A stretch of 64,000 nucleotides of DNA from an uncultured bacterium (GTDB lineage Bacteria; Acidobacteriota; Thermoanaerobaculia; Multivoradales; JAHZIX01): positions 32,001 through 96,000 of the forward strand of contig CBDUPA010000011.1 in assembly GCA_965368975.1 (NCBI GenBank), written 5' to 3'. Within the stretch, counting starts at the first letter, position 1; each line of letters starts with the position of its first letter. The position numbers and the translations under genes are program-made. Shown piece by piece: positions 38,110 through 49,632 of this stretch. Below the pieces are notes generated by a model that saw nothing but the letters and a program-made list of their open reading frames with translations, made no database searches and was not told the origin of the DNA.

Positions 38110-39483
38110 ATGAAGACCATCATCGAACCTTTTCGTATCAAGGTTGTCGAACCGATCCGCATGACGACACCCGAGGAGCGCGAAGACGCGTTGCGCCAGG
38201 CTGACTACAACCTGTTCCAGATTCCAGCGGAACGCATCCTGATCGATCTGCTGACTGACAGCGGCACGGGTGCCATGAGCGCCGAGCAATGGGCTGGCAT
38301 CATGCGCGGGGACGAGAGCTACGCCGGCAGTGTCAGCTTCCATCGCTTCAAGCAGGCGGTCGATGACATCTTCGGCTTCCGGCACGTCATTCCGACCCAC
38401 CAGGGGCGCGCCAGCGAGCGCATTCTGGCGCAGACGTTGGTGCGGCCCGGCCACGTGGTGCCCAACAACACCCACTTCGACACCACGCGTGCCAACATCG
38501 AAGCCGCCGGCGCGACCGCGCTCGATCTGCCGTGTGCCGAGGCTGCCGATGTCTCCGCGTCGCACCCCTTCAAAGGCAACATCGACCTCGAGGCGCTAGA
38601 GCGCACGCTGGACGACGAAGAAGGCAATGTGCCCTTCGCCATGGTCACTGCCACCAACAATGGCGGTGGTGGGCAACCGGTGTCGATGGCGAACATCCGC
38701 GCCGCCGCCCAGATCTGCAGGCAGCGCAAGGTTCCGTTCTACATCGACGCGTGCCGCTTCGCCGAGAACGCCTACTTCGTCCAGCAGCGGGAAGAAGGCT
38801 ACGGCGACAAGACCCTGATCGAGATCGCGCGCGAGATGTTCTCGTACGCCGACGGCTGCACCATGAGCGCCAAGAAGGACGGCATGGCCAACATCGGTGG
38901 CTTCCTGTGCACCAACGACGACGAGGCCGCGCGCCACGAGGAAGAGCTGCTCATTCTCACCGAAGGATTTCCGACCTACGGTGGTCTCGCCGGCCGCGAC
39001 CTCGAAGCGATCGCGGTCGGTCTCTACGAGGCACTCGACCCCAACTACCAGCAGTACCGTCACGCCTCGACCGGCTACCTGGGCGATAAGATTTCGCAGG
39101 CTGGCGTGCCGATCGTCCAGCCGCCGGGTGGCCACGCCATTTACATCGACGCCAAGGCGATGCTGCCGCACATCCCATCGTCTCAGTATCCGGGACAGGC
39201 CCTGGCGGTGGAGCTGTATCGTGCTGGCGGTATCCGCAGTGTCGAGATCGGCTCGGTCATGTTCGGCAAGCGCGACCCGGAGACCGGCGAAGAGCTACTG
39301 GCGCCGCAAGAGCTGGTGCGCCTGGCCATCCCGCGCCGGGTCTACACCCAGAGCCACATCGACTACGTGGTCGAGACGATCATTGACGTCTTCGCGCGCC
39401 GGGAGCAACTACGCGGGTTACGCATCGTGCGCCAACCACGGGCCTTGCGCCACTTCACGGCTGGCTTCGAACCTCTGACTTGA
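38110..39483 (+). CDS. tnaA: Tryptophanase (beta-eliminating lyase)
   Basis: EPFRIK, IDLLTDSGT, SAKKD, EGFPTYGGLAGRD; C-terminal LRHFTA has His (Phe in tyrosine phenol-lyase). Confidence 0.88.
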   Translation: MKTIIEPFRIKVVEPIRMTTPEEREDALRQADYNLFQIPAERILIDLLTDSGTGAMSAEQWAGIMRGDESYAGSVSFHRFKQAVDDIFGFRHVIPTHQGRASERILAQTLVRPGHVVPNNTHFDTTRANIEAAGATALDLPCAEAADVSASHPFKGNIDLEALERTLDDEEGNVPFAMVTATNNGGGGQPVSMANIRAAAQICRQRKVPFYIDACRFAENAYFVQQREEGYGDKTLIEIAREMFSYADGCTMSAKKDGMANIGGFLCTNDDEAARHEEELLILTEGFPTYGGLAGRDLEAIAVGLYEALDPNYQQYRHASTGYLGDKISQAGVPIVQPPGGHAIYIDAKAMLPHIPSSQYPGQALAVELYRAGGIRSVEIGSVMFGKRDPETGEELLAPQELVRLAIPRRVYTQSHIDYVVETIIDVFARREQLRGLRIVRQPRALRHFTAGFEPLT

Positions 39484-39507
39484 CGCGCTCCCCGGGAAAG
39501 ATATGCT
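39480..39507 (+). promoter_or_regulatory. Putative sigma70 promoter for the downstream lipoprotein genes
   Basis: TTGACG-16 nt-TATGCT. Confidence 0.45.
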
Positions 39508-39566
39508 AGATGAGCGATACATTGCGCGGTGGACTTCACCTGAGAGAACCTGTAGGAGGTCACGTT

Positions 39567-39875
39567 ATGGACAGTAAGAGATGGATGATGGGATGTGCCT
39601 TGGTCTTTGTTCTGGTGCTCGGTGCTTGTGGTGGCGGTGCCACTGACGAGGGAACTGACACCGGTGCTGCGACCACCGAAGAACCCGCTGTTGCTCCGGC
39701 GAGCACCGAGGCTGGCGCCGACGAAGCGACGGCTACTGAAGAAGGCGAGGCGGTCGAGGACGAAGGCGCCGAAGGTGATGCTGCGGAAGGCGACGCCGTC
39801 ACGGAAGACGACGAAGCCGATGGCGACGAAGCCGATGGCGACGAAGCCGAAGATTCTGGCGAGAACGTGCACTGA
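39567..39875 (+). CDS. Small acidic low-complexity lipoprotein
   Basis: GGAGG RBS; lipobox LGAC; D/E/A-rich tail with a DEADG repeat. Confidence 0.75.
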   Translation: MDSKRWMMGCALVFVLVLGACGGGATDEGTDTGAATTEEPAVAPASTEAGADEATATEEGEAVEDEGAEGDAAEGDAVTEDDEADGDEADGDEAEDSGENVH

Positions 39876-39889
39876 GCAGGATCGCCTGT

Positions 39890-41281
39890 GTGACACATTC
39901 GTCGATACGGATGACCCTGGCCGCCCTGTGGGTGGCCGGGGTCGTTGCGTGTAGTGCTGGGCTCGTTGCGTGTAGTGACGGTCGAGAGGGCCCGAGCGCT
40001 CCAGTAGCTGAGGCTGTCGCGGATGGGACCGTCGGGGATGAGTTCGCCATCGCGCCTGTCACCTTCGTCGCCCCGCAAGGGCTTCGGAGCCTCGACCCAC
40101 CCGCCGCGGCAGACGCCCTGGCCCCGCAGCTGACCGCCGGCCCCGGCGGTGTGGTGCTCAGCTGGCTCGACGTGTCCGACGGTCATCACGTCCTGCGCTT
40201 TGCCCGTTTCTCGGACGGCTCCACCTCGGACGGTGGTGATTTCACTGGTTGGTCCGCGGCGTACGATGTCGTCTCTGGAGCGGATTTCTTCGCCAACTGG
40301 GCGGATGTGCCTTCGGTGCTGGCCGTGACGTCCGACGAACTGCTGGCGCACTGGCTGCAGAAAAACGGCGAGTCCACGTACGCGTACGGTATTCGTCTGC
40401 GTCGCTCGACCGATGGTGGTGCGGCTTGGCAAGACCTGGGCTGGCTGCACGACGACGATACGCCGACCGAGCACGGCTTCGTCTCCCTGGTTGCCGCCCC
40501 GGACGGAGTGCGTGCATTTTGGCTAGATGGGCGCGAGATGACCGGCCACCATGGGGCCGGCGGCGACATGGCGGTGCGCACGGCGCTGGTCTCTGGAAGC
40601 GACATCGGACCCTCCGAGGTTCTCGATGCGCGCACCTGCGAGTGCTGCCAGACCGAGGCCGCGCAGACAGCGGAAGGCTTCCTGGTGGCCTATCGAGACC
40701 GCTCGGACACCGAGATCCGCGACAACGTCGTGGTGCGCTCGACGGGGAACCGCTGGCAGCCGCCCCGTACCCTCGCGGAGGAGGGCTGGCGTATTCCAGC
40801 CTGCCCGGTCAACGGACCGGCGGTCGCAGCTCGCGACCAGCGCGTGGTGCTGGCCTGGTTCACCGCGGCTGAGAACAGGCCGCGCGTCCGGCTGGCCTTG
40901 TCGCAGGATGCTGGAGCCCGCTTTGGCGCGCCTATCGAAGTCGCGCCAGCCGTTGCTGGGCAGCGTCCCTCCGGTCGCGTCGACGTGGCGCTGACGCCGG
41001 ACGGTGGCGCCGTGGTCAGCTGGTTGAGTGGAGGCGACGGGGCGGAAGAGACGGAGCGTGCCGGAGTCGCCCTGGCCTACTTCGATGCAGATGGACGCCG
41101 CGGAGCGACGGCTCTGCTCGGCGAAACCTCGAGCGCGCGCGCCAGCGGCGTGCCGCGCCTGCAGCTGGTGGGTGCACCCGGCGACGAAGCCGTGCTGGTG
41201 GTGTGGCGCGAAACCGGCGAGACTGCGCGCCTGCGGGCGGTCACCGTGCCGGTAGACAGCCTGCGCGGCGAGAGCTTGTGA
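39890..41281 (+). CDS. BNR/sialidase-like beta-propeller lipoprotein
   Basis: Asp-boxes STDGGAAW and SQDAGARF; FFANWADVP, TCECC, ACPVNGP motifs; start uncertain. Confidence 0.8.
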   Translation: MTHSSIRMTLAALWVAGVVACSAGLVACSDGREGPSAPVAEAVADGTVGDEFAIAPVTFVAPQGLRSLDPPAAADALAPQLTAGPGGVVLSWLDVSDGHHVLRFARFSDGSTSDGGDFTGWSAAYDVVSGADFFANWADVPSVLAVTSDELLAHWLQKNGESTYAYGIRLRRSTDGGAAWQDLGWLHDDDTPTEHGFVSLVAAPDGVRAFWLDGREMTGHHGAGGDMAVRTALVSGSDIGPSEVLDARTCECCQTEAAQTAEGFLVAYRDRSDTEIRDNVVVRSTGNRWQPPRTLAEEGWRIPACPVNGPAVAARDQRVVLAWFTAAENRPRVRLALSQDAGARFGAPIEVAPAVAGQRPSGRVDVALTPDGGAVVSWLSGGDGAEETERAGVALAYFDADGRRGATALLGETSSARASGVPRLQLVGAPGDEAVLVVWRETGETARLRAVTVPVDSLRGESL

Positions 41282-41830
41282 GCCGCGTCACCTGGGACGG
41301 CGAACAAAGCAGTCCGCCCGGACGGGCAACGGGTCGGTCGACCCGCCCGGGCAGAGAGTGGGAGCTATGCAGCTCCCGAATCAGAAAACAAGTGGCGCAG
41401 CTGCTGTTGCCGCGAGGCGCCACCCCTCCGAGGTGCGACCAGGAGGTCGAGCAGTGGGCTATCACGGCCCAATAGCAACTCGGTTGTCTCCAGGTCCTGG
41501 CGCAGGCGCTGAAGGGAGTCCTCCAGTTCTGCCAACCGCTGCTCTATGTGCAACGGTCCGCCTGAAACTATGGAAATGGATTGCAAGGTCTTCTCCTCCA
41601 TCCCGACCGGGCTGGCGGGCAGCTCCCCAGCGAGACATGCCCAGATGGACACGCTCTCTTCTATTGATCGCCCCCCTTGGACCCGGCGGTGACAAGTGAA
41701 ATCAGAACAACGGTTTCACTATGTATGGTGTCCAGGTAGATCAGGACCGGGACAGAGAATTTTTGGGTTAGACTCGTAGACTGACACTCGTCCTCGACCC
41801 TCACCGCACCCTCCAAGGAGAACCCCCCCG

Positions 41831-42886
41831 TTGTCCGACCTCCTTCAGCGGCCCGACTTGTCTGATCGCCCCGACTTGCTCGAAGGGTTGCGCCAAAGTG
41901 CTCGTCAGCTCGGTGCCTCCGTCGTGCTGGCCGAGGGAGATGATCCGCGCGTCGTGCAAGCGGCGGCGGCAGCGCAGCGGTCTGGATTGTGCCGGCCGGT
42001 AGTCGTGGGGCAGCCTTCGGCGGTGGCTCGCGTGGCTGCGGAGGCCGGGGTCGCTGCCGACTTCCAGATCGCCGATCCGCACGCCGATCCGGGCTTGCCC
42101 GAACTGGTCGAGCGCCTGCGCTTGCGCCTGGAACCGCGCGGCGTCGCGATGGAAGAGATCGAGCGTCTGGTGTTGGACCCGCTCTACTACGCGGCCTTGC
42201 TGGTGGCCACCGGCCGCTGTGACGGTGCGGTCATGGGTGCTGTCGCCACCACGGCGGCCACGCTGCGCGCCGCCTTGCACACGATCGGCCCCAAGCCCGG
42301 TCTGAAGGTCGTCTCGTCGTGCTTCCTGATGGTGTTGCCGGACGTCGTCTCGCCGAATACGGCTTTACCGAATCCTGGGGGGGCAGGCCTGATCTACAGC
42401 GATTGCGCGGTGGTGCCGTCACCGTCACCGTCGCAGCTCGCCGACATCGCCGTGGCCGCGGCGGACAGCTGCCGCACCCTCCTGGGCGAGGAGCCGCGGG
42501 TCGCATTGCTGTCCTTCTCGACGCATGGCAGCGCGTCGCATCCCTCTGTCGACCGGGTGGTGGAGGCTCTGGAAGAGCTGCGCCGTCGCAAGCCCAACTT
42601 TGCCGTAGATGGCGAGTTACAAGCCGATGCGGCGCTGGTTGCCAGTGTCGCGAGCCGCAAGGCGCCGGATAGTGAAGTCGCAGGCCGGGCCAACGTGCTG
42701 GTCTTTCCCGATCTCAACTCCGGTAATATTGCCTACAAGCTGACCGAGCGGCTGGCCGGGGCACGAGCCATCGGCCCGTTGCTGCAAGGTCTCGCACGGC
42801 CGATTCACGACCTGTCCAGAGGTTGCTCGGTCGAAGATATCGAGGCTGTCATGGCTGTGACAGCGCTTCAGGGGAGATCGGTATGA
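41831..42886 (+). CDS. pta: Phosphate acetyltransferase (short form)
   Basis: [42 protein letters not shown] motifs. Confidence 0.9.
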   Translation: MSDLLQRPDLSDRPDLLEGLRQSARQLGASVVLAEGDDPRVVQAAAAAQRSGLCRPVVVGQPSAVARVAAEAGVAADFQIADPHADPGLPELVERLRLRLEPRGVAMEEIERLVLDPLYYAALLVATGRCDGAVMGAVATTAATLRAALHTIGPKPGLKVVSSCFLMVLPDVVSPNTALPNPGGAGLIYSDCAVVPSPSPSQLADIAVAAADSCRTLLGEEPRVALLSFSTHGSASHPSVDRVVEALEELRRRKPNFAVDGELQADAALVASVASRKAPDSEVAGRANVLVFPDLNSGNIAYKLTERLAGARAIGPLLQGLARPIHDLSRGCSVEDIEAVMAVTALQGRSV

Positions 42887-44166
42887 AGGTCTTGGTGATC
42901 GGCGGCGGAGGCCGCGAGCACGCTCTGTGCTGGGCGCTGCGCCGCAGCCCGTTGTTGAAGGAACTCTACTGCGCGCCGGGTAATGTCGGAATCGCCGCCG
43001 TGGCCGACATCGTTCCGATCGCCCCGGAGGAGATCCAGCAGCTGGCCGACTTCGCGGCGGATCTGAAAATCGACCTCACGGTGGTTGGTCCCGAGCTACC
43101 GCTAGCGCTGGGCATCGTCGACGAATTCCGTCGCCGTGGCTTGAAGATCTTCGGGCCTCGCCAGCAAGCGGCGGAACTCGAGAGCAGCAAGGTCTTCGCC
43201 AAAGAATTCATGCAGCGGCACAGCATCCCGACTGCCGCGTTCCACGTCGCGCACGACCTCACGGAAGCCCGGGCGGCGATCGAGGACCTGGGGCTGCCGG
43301 TGGTACTGAAGGCTGAGGGGCTGGCGGCCGGCAAGGGGGTCATCATTGCGCGCAGCAAGGAGGACGCCGAAGCAGCCCTGGGCGTGTTGTTCGAGGAGCG
43401 TCGCTTCGGCGCTGCTTCCGACCGCGTGGTCGTGGAGGAGTTCTTGGAGGGAGAAGAAGCGTCTTTCATCGCGCTCAGCGACGGCAGCAACTTGCTACCG
43501 ATGGCGGCCAGCAAGGACTACAAGCGTGTCGGCGAGGGGGACACCGGTCCCAACACGGGCGGCATGGGGGCGCACAGCCCGTCCATGGTTCTCAACTCGG
43601 ACCAGGCGGCAGAGATCGTCGAAAAGGTGATGCGGCCGACCATCGACGGTCTGGCACAGGAAGGCCGCTCCTTTGTCGGTGTGCTGTATGCCGGGCTGAT
43701 GTTGACCGCCGAGGGGCCGCGGGTCCTCGAATTCAACGCGCGCTTCGGCGATCCAGAGTGTCAGGCGTTGCTGATGCGGCTCGAAGATGACCTACTCCAG
43801 GTGCTTGCCTCCGGCGCTGCCGGTGCCTTCCGTACCTCGCGTCTCACCTTCCGCAAAGAAGCCGCGGTGTGCCTGGTGCTGGCCAGCGAAGGGTATCCTG
43901 GCAAGCCGGTCAAGGGGCAGCCGATCGAAGGTCTGGACGAAGCTGCGGACATCGAAGGCGTGCAGGTGTTCCATGCCGGCACCGGCCGGGACGAGCAGGG
44001 GCGCATCATCGCCACCGGCGGACGCGTCGTCAATGTCTGTGCCACGGGCACGCAACTGGTCGATGCCCTCAAGCGAGCCTACGCGGCGAGCCAGGTCATC
44101 CGCTGGCCAGGCAGAGTCCTGCGTCGCGACATCGGGCGACGGGTCCTGGAATCCGGTTCCCGCTGA
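42883..44166 (+). CDS. purD: Phosphoribosylamine-glycine ligase
   Basis: [35 protein letters not shown] motifs. Confidence 0.96.
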   Translation: MKVLVIGGGGREHALCWALRRSPLLKELYCAPGNVGIAAVADIVPIAPEEIQQLADFAADLKIDLTVVGPELPLALGIVDEFRRRGLKIFGPRQQAAELESSKVFAKEFMQRHSIPTAAFHVAHDLTEARAAIEDLGLPVVLKAEGLAAGKGVIIARSKEDAEAALGVLFEERRFGAASDRVVVEEFLEGEEASFIALSDGSNLLPMAASKDYKRVGEGDTGPNTGGMGAHSPSMVLNSDQAAEIVEKVMRPTIDGLAQEGRSFVGVLYAGLMLTAEGPRVLEFNARFGDPECQALLMRLEDDLLQVLASGAAGAFRTSRLTFRKEAAVCLVLASEGYPGKPVKGQPIEGLDEAADIEGVQVFHAGTGRDEQGRIIATGGRVVNVCATGTQLVDALKRAYAASQVIRWPGRVLRRDIGRRVLESGSR

Positions 44167-44304
44167 CTCTGCTACTCAAAGTGCAGGATGCCGCCGCGAC
44201 CAGGCCGGGACAAGGGTCGCACGGTGGCGAGAGTCCGACCGCGTCTCTCGAGGACTCGAGCCGCGCTGCGGCAGAGATCGAGCCGCATTGCGGCAGAAGC
44301 CCGG

Positions 44305-44333
44305 TTGACCTCTCACTACCGTAGTGCCATAAT
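44305..44333 (+). promoter_or_regulatory. Sigma70 promoter upstream of the ricT-like/hfq-like/pdxA genes
   Basis: TTGACC-17 nt-CATAAT with extended -10 TG. Confidence 0.65.
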
Positions 44334-44468
44334 CCAGATACGATTCCTATGAGGACCACCCTCGAATGTACATAGATTGGGAACGCGCCGCGCCGGGTAC
44401 CCGGACGGAGCTATCTTGAGTGACGCCGGACGCTACCACCAGATTCATCGAGCCGGGAAGGCCGAAGT

Positions 44469-45224
44469 ATGACCGGATGTGGAGGTTGCCAGTTCAAAGG
44501 CATGTCCACGGCAGTGGAAGATACCTACGTCGGCGTGCGCTTTCGGGAAGAGACCAATCTCACTCTGTGCCGCACCGGAGGGGAGATCTTCGCGCGCGGT
44601 GAGCGCGTGGTGGTCGATACCGGTGAAGGCGTGGCCTACGGTCGTGTCGAGCAGAGCCCGATGCCGGTGTTCAAGCCTTGTCAGAAGTCGAGCGCACAGA
44701 AAGTCGTGCGACGTGCTGGCGATCAGGACCACGAAGCCCACGAGCGGCAGCTGAGCAACGAGTCGACCGCCAAGCTGTACTGCCAGCAACGCTCGCGCGA
44801 GCTGGGCTTGGAGATGAAGGTTTCCCGGGTCGACTTCTCGCTCAATGCCCGCAAGGCGGTCTTCTACTACACTGCCAATGGCCGCGTTGACTTCCGGCAG
44901 CTGGTGCGCGACTTGTCGAGGCGATTCTCGGCTCGGGTCCGTATGGTCCAGGTAGGGGCTCGCGACGAAGCCGGGTTGCTCGGCGGCATCGGAATCTGCG
45001 GCCGAACACTCTGCTGTTCGACTTGGTTGAAGGACTTCAGGCCGATTTCCATCCAGATGGCCAAACGTCAGAACCTGAGCCTGAACCCGTCGAAAATATC
45101 GGGTCAATGCGGCCGCCTACTGTGCTGCCTGGCCTATGAAGATGACAACTACAAGCGCTCCGGCCGCCGCTCCCGAGGGAGCCGCAAGCCTAGCCAAGCT
45201 GAGCGATCCGGCGCCGAGGCCTGA
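44469..45224 (+). CDS. PSP1-domain protein (RicT/YaaT-like)
   Basis: RVDFRQLV, QVGARDEA, GICGRTLCC, KISGQCGRLLCCL motifs. Confidence 0.9.
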   Translation: MTGCGGCQFKGMSTAVEDTYVGVRFREETNLTLCRTGGEIFARGERVVVDTGEGVAYGRVEQSPMPVFKPCQKSSAQKVVRRAGDQDHEAHERQLSNESTAKLYCQQRSRELGLEMKVSRVDFSLNARKAVFYYTANGRVDFRQLVRDLSRRFSARVRMVQVGARDEAGLLGGIGICGRTLCCSTWLKDFRPISIQMAKRQNLSLNPSKISGQCGRLLCCLAYEDDNYKRSGRRSRGSRKPSQAERSGAEA

Positions 45225-45251
45225 ACCGGGCTACTCGCGCCGCAAGAAGAC

Positions 45252-45578
45252 ATGAGCAATCGAAAACTGATCCGACCAGACGTCAACGACTTGAAGAAGG
45301 AATCCGGTCGAGGTGTGCGGCGCAAGCAGGCACCTCCCGAGCAGACCAACGCGGAAGAGTACTACTACCTCAAGCAGATGGCGGCGCGGACGTCCATGGT
45401 GGTCGTCCTTACCGATGGTGAAGAACTGCGCGGCTGGATCGAGTGGTACGACAAGGGGGCGATCAAGCTGAACCGCAACAACGCCCCGAACTTGCTGATT
45501 CCCAAGCACAACATCCGCTACATGTTCAAGGAAGAGGAGCTGAAGCGGAGAGGGAAGCGCGGGGTTGGCGCCGCCTGA
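45252..45578 (+). CDS. Hfq-like Sm-fold RNA chaperone
   Basis: [18 protein letters not shown] (Sm1-like) and [10 protein letters not shown] (Sm2-like). Confidence 0.72.
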   Translation: MSNRKLIRPDVNDLKKESGRGVRRKQAPPEQTNAEEYYYLKQMAARTSMVVVLTDGEELRGWIEWYDKGAIKLNRNNAPNLLIPKHNIRYMFKEEELKRRGKRGVGAA

Positions 45579-46680
45579 AGCTTCGTCGGTCCCCGTACTC
45601 GCCCTGACCCAAGGAGATCCGGCCGGAATCGGTCCGGAGATCCTGCTTCGGTTGCTGGTCGATACCCCTGCGCAAGCAGAGTCGGCTTCCTGGCCCTGGC
45701 AGCCTGTACTGGTGGCGGAGCGTGCGGCCCTGGAGGCCGTACGCGATTCCTTGCCGGAAGGTCGGCCGGAAACACTGTCGTCGGATGGCCTGCCGCAAGA
45801 TTTCTGGGGCCGCCTGCGTTACCTGACGTCGCTTCCGGAGGGCCCGCTGGATCCGCAGGACGACAGTGTTGAGACCGTGCTGGCCGAAGCGCGTCGACAA
45901 GGGCACATCCTGGTGCTCGATCCCGTCGCCAGCCGGCGGCAGGTGGTGCTCGGCACGTCTTCGGCCGCGGATGCCGCCGGTGCCCTGGCCGCCCTCGACG
46001 CCGCGGTCGATCTGGTGCGCCGCGGCTGGGCACAGGCCTTGGTGACGGCACCGGTGAGCAAGGAGTCGATCGCTCGGCAGCACCTGCCGGACTTTCGCGG
46101 CCACACGGAGTACCTGGCCGCTGGCTGCGGCCTGGAGCGCTATGGCCGGGACTACCTGATGGCCTTCTTGGCTCCAGGCCTGCGGGTCGCCCTGCTCAGT
46201 ACACACTTGCCGCTACGTCAGGCGTTGGACCACGTGCGGCAGGAGACGGTGGTGGAGGCGCTGACGTGCCTAGGGCGTCACGTCAGCGGTCGTATCGCGC
46301 TCGCCGGTCTCAATCCGCATGCGGGTGAGAGCGGACTCTTGGGCCGCGAGGACGACACCGAATTGGTGCCGGCGGTGGCCGCGGCGCGCGCCGCCGGGCT
46401 GAATGTCTCCGGTCCCTGGAGCGCGGATTCACTGTTCGCCCGGGCGCGCCAGGGCGACTTCGACTGGGTCCTGGCGCTTTACCACGACCAGGGCCTGATC
46501 GCGGTCAAGACGGCGGCCTTCGGCCAGGCGACCAACTGGACGCTCGGCTTGCCCTACCTGCGCACCTCGGTCGACCACGGCACTGCCTTCGAAATCGCTG
46601 GTCGCGGTCTCGCCGACGCGCGGCCGCTGCGCGCCGTTGTCGAGACTACGCTGGCTCTGCTCGGTGGTCGTCAGCCCTAG
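45565..46680 (+). CDS. pdxA: 4-hydroxythreonine-4-phosphate dehydrogenase PdxA family
   Basis: [45 protein letters not shown] motifs. Confidence 0.92.
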   Translation: MAPPEASSVPVLALTQGDPAGIGPEILLRLLVDTPAQAESASWPWQPVLVAERAALEAVRDSLPEGRPETLSSDGLPQDFWGRLRYLTSLPEGPLDPQDDSVETVLAEARRQGHILVLDPVASRRQVVLGTSSAADAAGALAALDAAVDLVRRGWAQALVTAPVSKESIARQHLPDFRGHTEYLAAGCGLERYGRDYLMAFLAPGLRVALLSTHLPLRQALDHVRQETVVEALTCLGRHVSGRIALAGLNPHAGESGLLGREDDTELVPAVAAARAAGLNVSGPWSADSLFARARQGDFDWVLALYHDQGLIAVKTAAFGQATNWTLGLPYLRTSVDHGTAFEIAGRGLADARPLRAVVETTLALLGGRQP

Positions 46681-46718
46681 AAGGGCACCGACGCAAGGCG
46701 TCCATGCAGGGCACCAGC

Positions 46719-48623
46719 CTACGGGAGCGCAGCCAGCTGCCGCGCCACCTGCTCGGGGCTGAGTGCTCGCGGTGGTGTCGAGCCGAGCCAGCGACCGTCG
46801 GCGGTACGGGTCTCGACCCACCAGTAGATCGGTGCCGCGTACAGCATGTGCATCGCGCGCAAGAAGTCCGCAGGAAGCGGCGGCTCCGGCTGGCTTACCG
46901 GATCCCGCTGCGCCGGCAGGGCGCGGCAGCGCACATTACCGGCGGCAATCACCACCAACAAGCGCCGCTGAGCCTCGGCATCGGGGGCTGGCTGTCCAGG
47001 GGGCGACAGTCCAGGTAGCGGCGGGCCGACCGAGAGGGAGAGTGGCGGTAACCGCTCTAGGCCCGCCTTGGTCCAGCGCAGCACACCTAGGTCAGTGCTC
47101 CGCAGCGCTCGCGCACTGTCGAGGTCGCCGGCACACGGCGCTGCCTCCGGAGCCGGCAGCGGGTAGATGAGGTGCTCGGCGGCGACGAACGGTGGCCGCA
47201 GAGCGTCGTGCAGACCCCAGTGGAAGACCTTGGCTACCGGTGCACCTCCGGCGCTGGAGAGCCACTGGGGGTAGTTGAAGAGGAAGAGCGGTGCCTGCGG
47301 GGCGTCGCCCGTACCGTGTCCGGCCAAGCGCACCACATCACTCTGCAGCTGTCGCGCCAGCCTGCCGGCTTCGAGGTAGCGCCCCAGGTCGCGACCCAGG
47401 ATCGGTAACCAGCACACCAGGAGCAGTGCTACCGTGGTCGCCACCCACCAGCGGGCTCGCACTTGGCTGACATCCCTACGGTTTCCGCGTGTCGGCAATT
47501 GTCGCGCCACGAGGTCTGCCAGGCTGCAGACCGCCAGCGCCAGCCCCATGACGGCAACGTACCAGTAGCGGCCGTTCCCCGGTACCACGGGCACGAAGGA
47601 GAAGGGAGCCTGGGCGATGACGATCCACAGTAGCCCGAGCGTCAGTGCGGCTGCTCCTCTTCGCTGCGCTACCCCGTTCGATCTCCAAGCGACGACGATC
47701 AGGGCGAACAGCGCAAGGAGGACAGCAGCCGTGATGGCAGGGACTGTGGTAGTCGCTGTGCCGGCGGCCTGCTCATACGACGGGTAGACCAGGCGTTGGA
47801 ATGAGGTGGACAGATCGCCCAGCCAGGGCCAGGGCCAGCGCAGTCGCTCGCTCATGTGCGCGTAGCCGCCGAGAGTGACGCCAAAAATCTTTCGGCGTAG
47901 CAGAAAGTACGCTCCTAGCAAGCTGAAGGTCGCGATATGGAGGTGCACCCAGACTCGCGGGCGCAAGGAGGTCACACCGCTCCAACGCTGCAACATGTCG
48001 CGAACCAGCAGGAGTGCGGGCAATACCGCGACGCCTTCGTAGCAGCCCAGCGCCAGCCCGTACGCAACCACCGTCCACCCGGACTTGCCGCGTTCGTAGG
48101 CGAGCAGCGCGAGCAGCGCGAACGTCGCCGCAAACAGGGTCGCGAAGCTGGCGATGAAGGTCACGGTGTTGGGGTGCAGCGGGTAGAGCGCAAAGAGCAG
48201 CGCCGCACTGCCGGCGAGCTGCGTCGATGTCGAGTCCTGGTCCTGCGAGTCCCTGTCTTGCACGGGGCTCAGGGGGCCGATCCGTAGCCAGTGGAAGAAG
48301 AGCAAGGTGTTGACGACGTGCACCAGCAGGTGGACCAGGTTGTAGGGCAGAGACTGGGCGCCGAAGAGCCAGGCTTCCAGACCGAGTAGCAGCGTCGCCA
48401 CCGGGCGGTAGAACTGCACCAGCTCGATGCCCAGCCAAGGACCGCTGAACGAATCCGCGACCCATGCCGGACCGTCGGCAGACAGCAGGCGGCCGAGAAT
48501 GAGAAAGTCCTCGCCCGTGAAGTAGCGCCCCAAGGTCCAGCCGTAGGCCAGCACGATGCTGAGCGTCAGCAAGGATGGCCACAACCACGATGAGACGCGT
48601 GAACGATCGGCAGGCATCCCCAT
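46719..48623 (-). CDS. Polytopic membrane protein, GT-C-fold glycosyltransferase-like
   Basis: First TM followed by GEDF and FYRPV; many TMs; GxxRYWY; start uncertain. Confidence 0.6.
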   Translation of the reverse strand: MGMPADRSRVSSWLWPSLLTLSIVLAYGWTLGRYFTGEDFLILGRLLSADGPAWVADSFSGPWLGIELVQFYRPVATLLLGLEAWLFGAQSLPYNLVHLLVHVVNTLLFFHWLRIGPLSPVQDRDSQDQDSTSTQLAGSAALLFALYPLHPNTVTFIASFATLFAATFALLALLAYERGKSGWTVVAYGLALGCYEGVAVLPALLLVRDMLQRWSGVTSLRPRVWVHLHIATFSLLGAYFLLRRKIFGVTLGGYAHMSERLRWPWPWLGDLSTSFQRLVYPSYEQAAGTATTTVPAITAAVLLALFALIVVAWRSNGVAQRRGAAALTLGLLWIVIAQAPFSFVPVVPGNGRYWYVAVMGLALAVCSLADLVARQLPTRGNRRDVSQVRARWWVATTVALLLVCWLPILGRDLGRYLEAGRLARQLQSDVVRLAGHGTGDAPQAPLFLFNYPQWLSSAGGAPVAKVFHWGLHDALRPPFVAAEHLIYPLPAPEAAPCAGDLDSARALRSTDLGVLRWTKAGLERLPPLSLSVGPPLPGLSPPGQPAPDAEAQRRLLVVIAAGNVRCRALPAQRDPVSQPEPPLPADFLRAMHMLYAAPIYWWVETRTADGRWLGSTPPRALSPEQVARQLAALP

Positions 48624-48803
48624 GGCGCCGAGTCTGACACAGCTGGCCGGTGTGCCGGCTAGGCTGCCGGTCAACCGCCCGTACGACTCCACGGTGGGCA
48701 CCACCCAAAGAGGTGGCAGCAGACTGTCCTCAGACGCGGCGACAGACCAGCGGCAGGTGGCTATATTCGAACCAGACCTACTGTACCGAGCTGGAGGAAA
48801 CCG

Positions 48804-49325
48804 ATGAAGCTCTCAGCCATCCTTCGTATCCGCCCCATTGTCCACGCCACGCTGTGTGCCCAGGTTCTGCTCCTGGCACTGGCGGTTTCCATGGCCGTTG
48901 CCGCGTGGGCGTCGGATGTGGCATCTGCCAGCGACGAGCCCACCCAGGGCTTGAGCGAAGTGCAAGCCCTGAGCGAGCAGGAAGAGCTGGCGTTGAGCTT
49001 GGAAGGGAAGGCTACCTACCAACGGTACTGTCGCAACTGTCATGGCGAAGAAGCTCACGGCGACGGCCCTGTTGCCGAGTACCTGCGCGTACCCCCGTCC
49101 GACCTGACGGGCCTCAGCCAGCAGAACGACGGTCAATTTCCGTTCGATGCCGTCGAGCGCGCGATCGATGGTCGCGACGCGATCCGGACGCATGGAATGC
49201 AAGAGATGCCGATCTGGGGCGATGCTCTGCGTGCCGTTGACGCAGGTCCCGAGGAAGAAGCCCGCGTGCGCCAAAAGATCCGTGAGGTCGTGTACTTCCT
49301 GAAGTCTCTGCAGCAAGAGGACTGA
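48804..49325 (+). CDS. c-type cytochrome
   Basis: GGAGG RBS, signal peptide, CRNCHG, distal MPIWG. Confidence 0.88.
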   Translation: MKLSAILRIRPIVHATLCAQVLLLALAVSMAVAAWASDVASASDEPTQGLSEVQALSEQEELALSLEGKATYQRYCRNCHGEEAHGDGPVAEYLRVPPSDLTGLSQQNDGQFPFDAVERAIDGRDAIRTHGMQEMPIWGDALRAVDAGPEEEARVRQKIREVVYFLKSLQQED

Positions 49326-49632
49326 GGCCGGCCAGCCCCGGCCTTGCGCGGCGCTTCCTTTCTGATGCCTGTCAGACAGTTGGTGAGTCCTTCAGGCATG
49401 CCTTAGTTCGCTCTTGCAGCGAAGTGAGGGTAGGCGATCAAAAAATTTCCCGCAAGTCGATTTTGCCGATTTCAGTATGAATAAGTCTGAAGTCGGTATT
49501 TCTGTGCATGCAGATGGTTTTCAATGAGATATCATTTTTGCCCCATTAGGCAACTTCTTTCCTTTGCGCAAACTGCTGAAAACAAAAGACTTAGACTTGC
49601 AAAAAGCGTCGGAAGCCGTTACATTTCGCGGC

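Noticed and set aside
41365-41652. Small minus-strand coiled-coil ORF
   Set aside because: Possibly real from MEEK, but no motif or clear RBS supports a call
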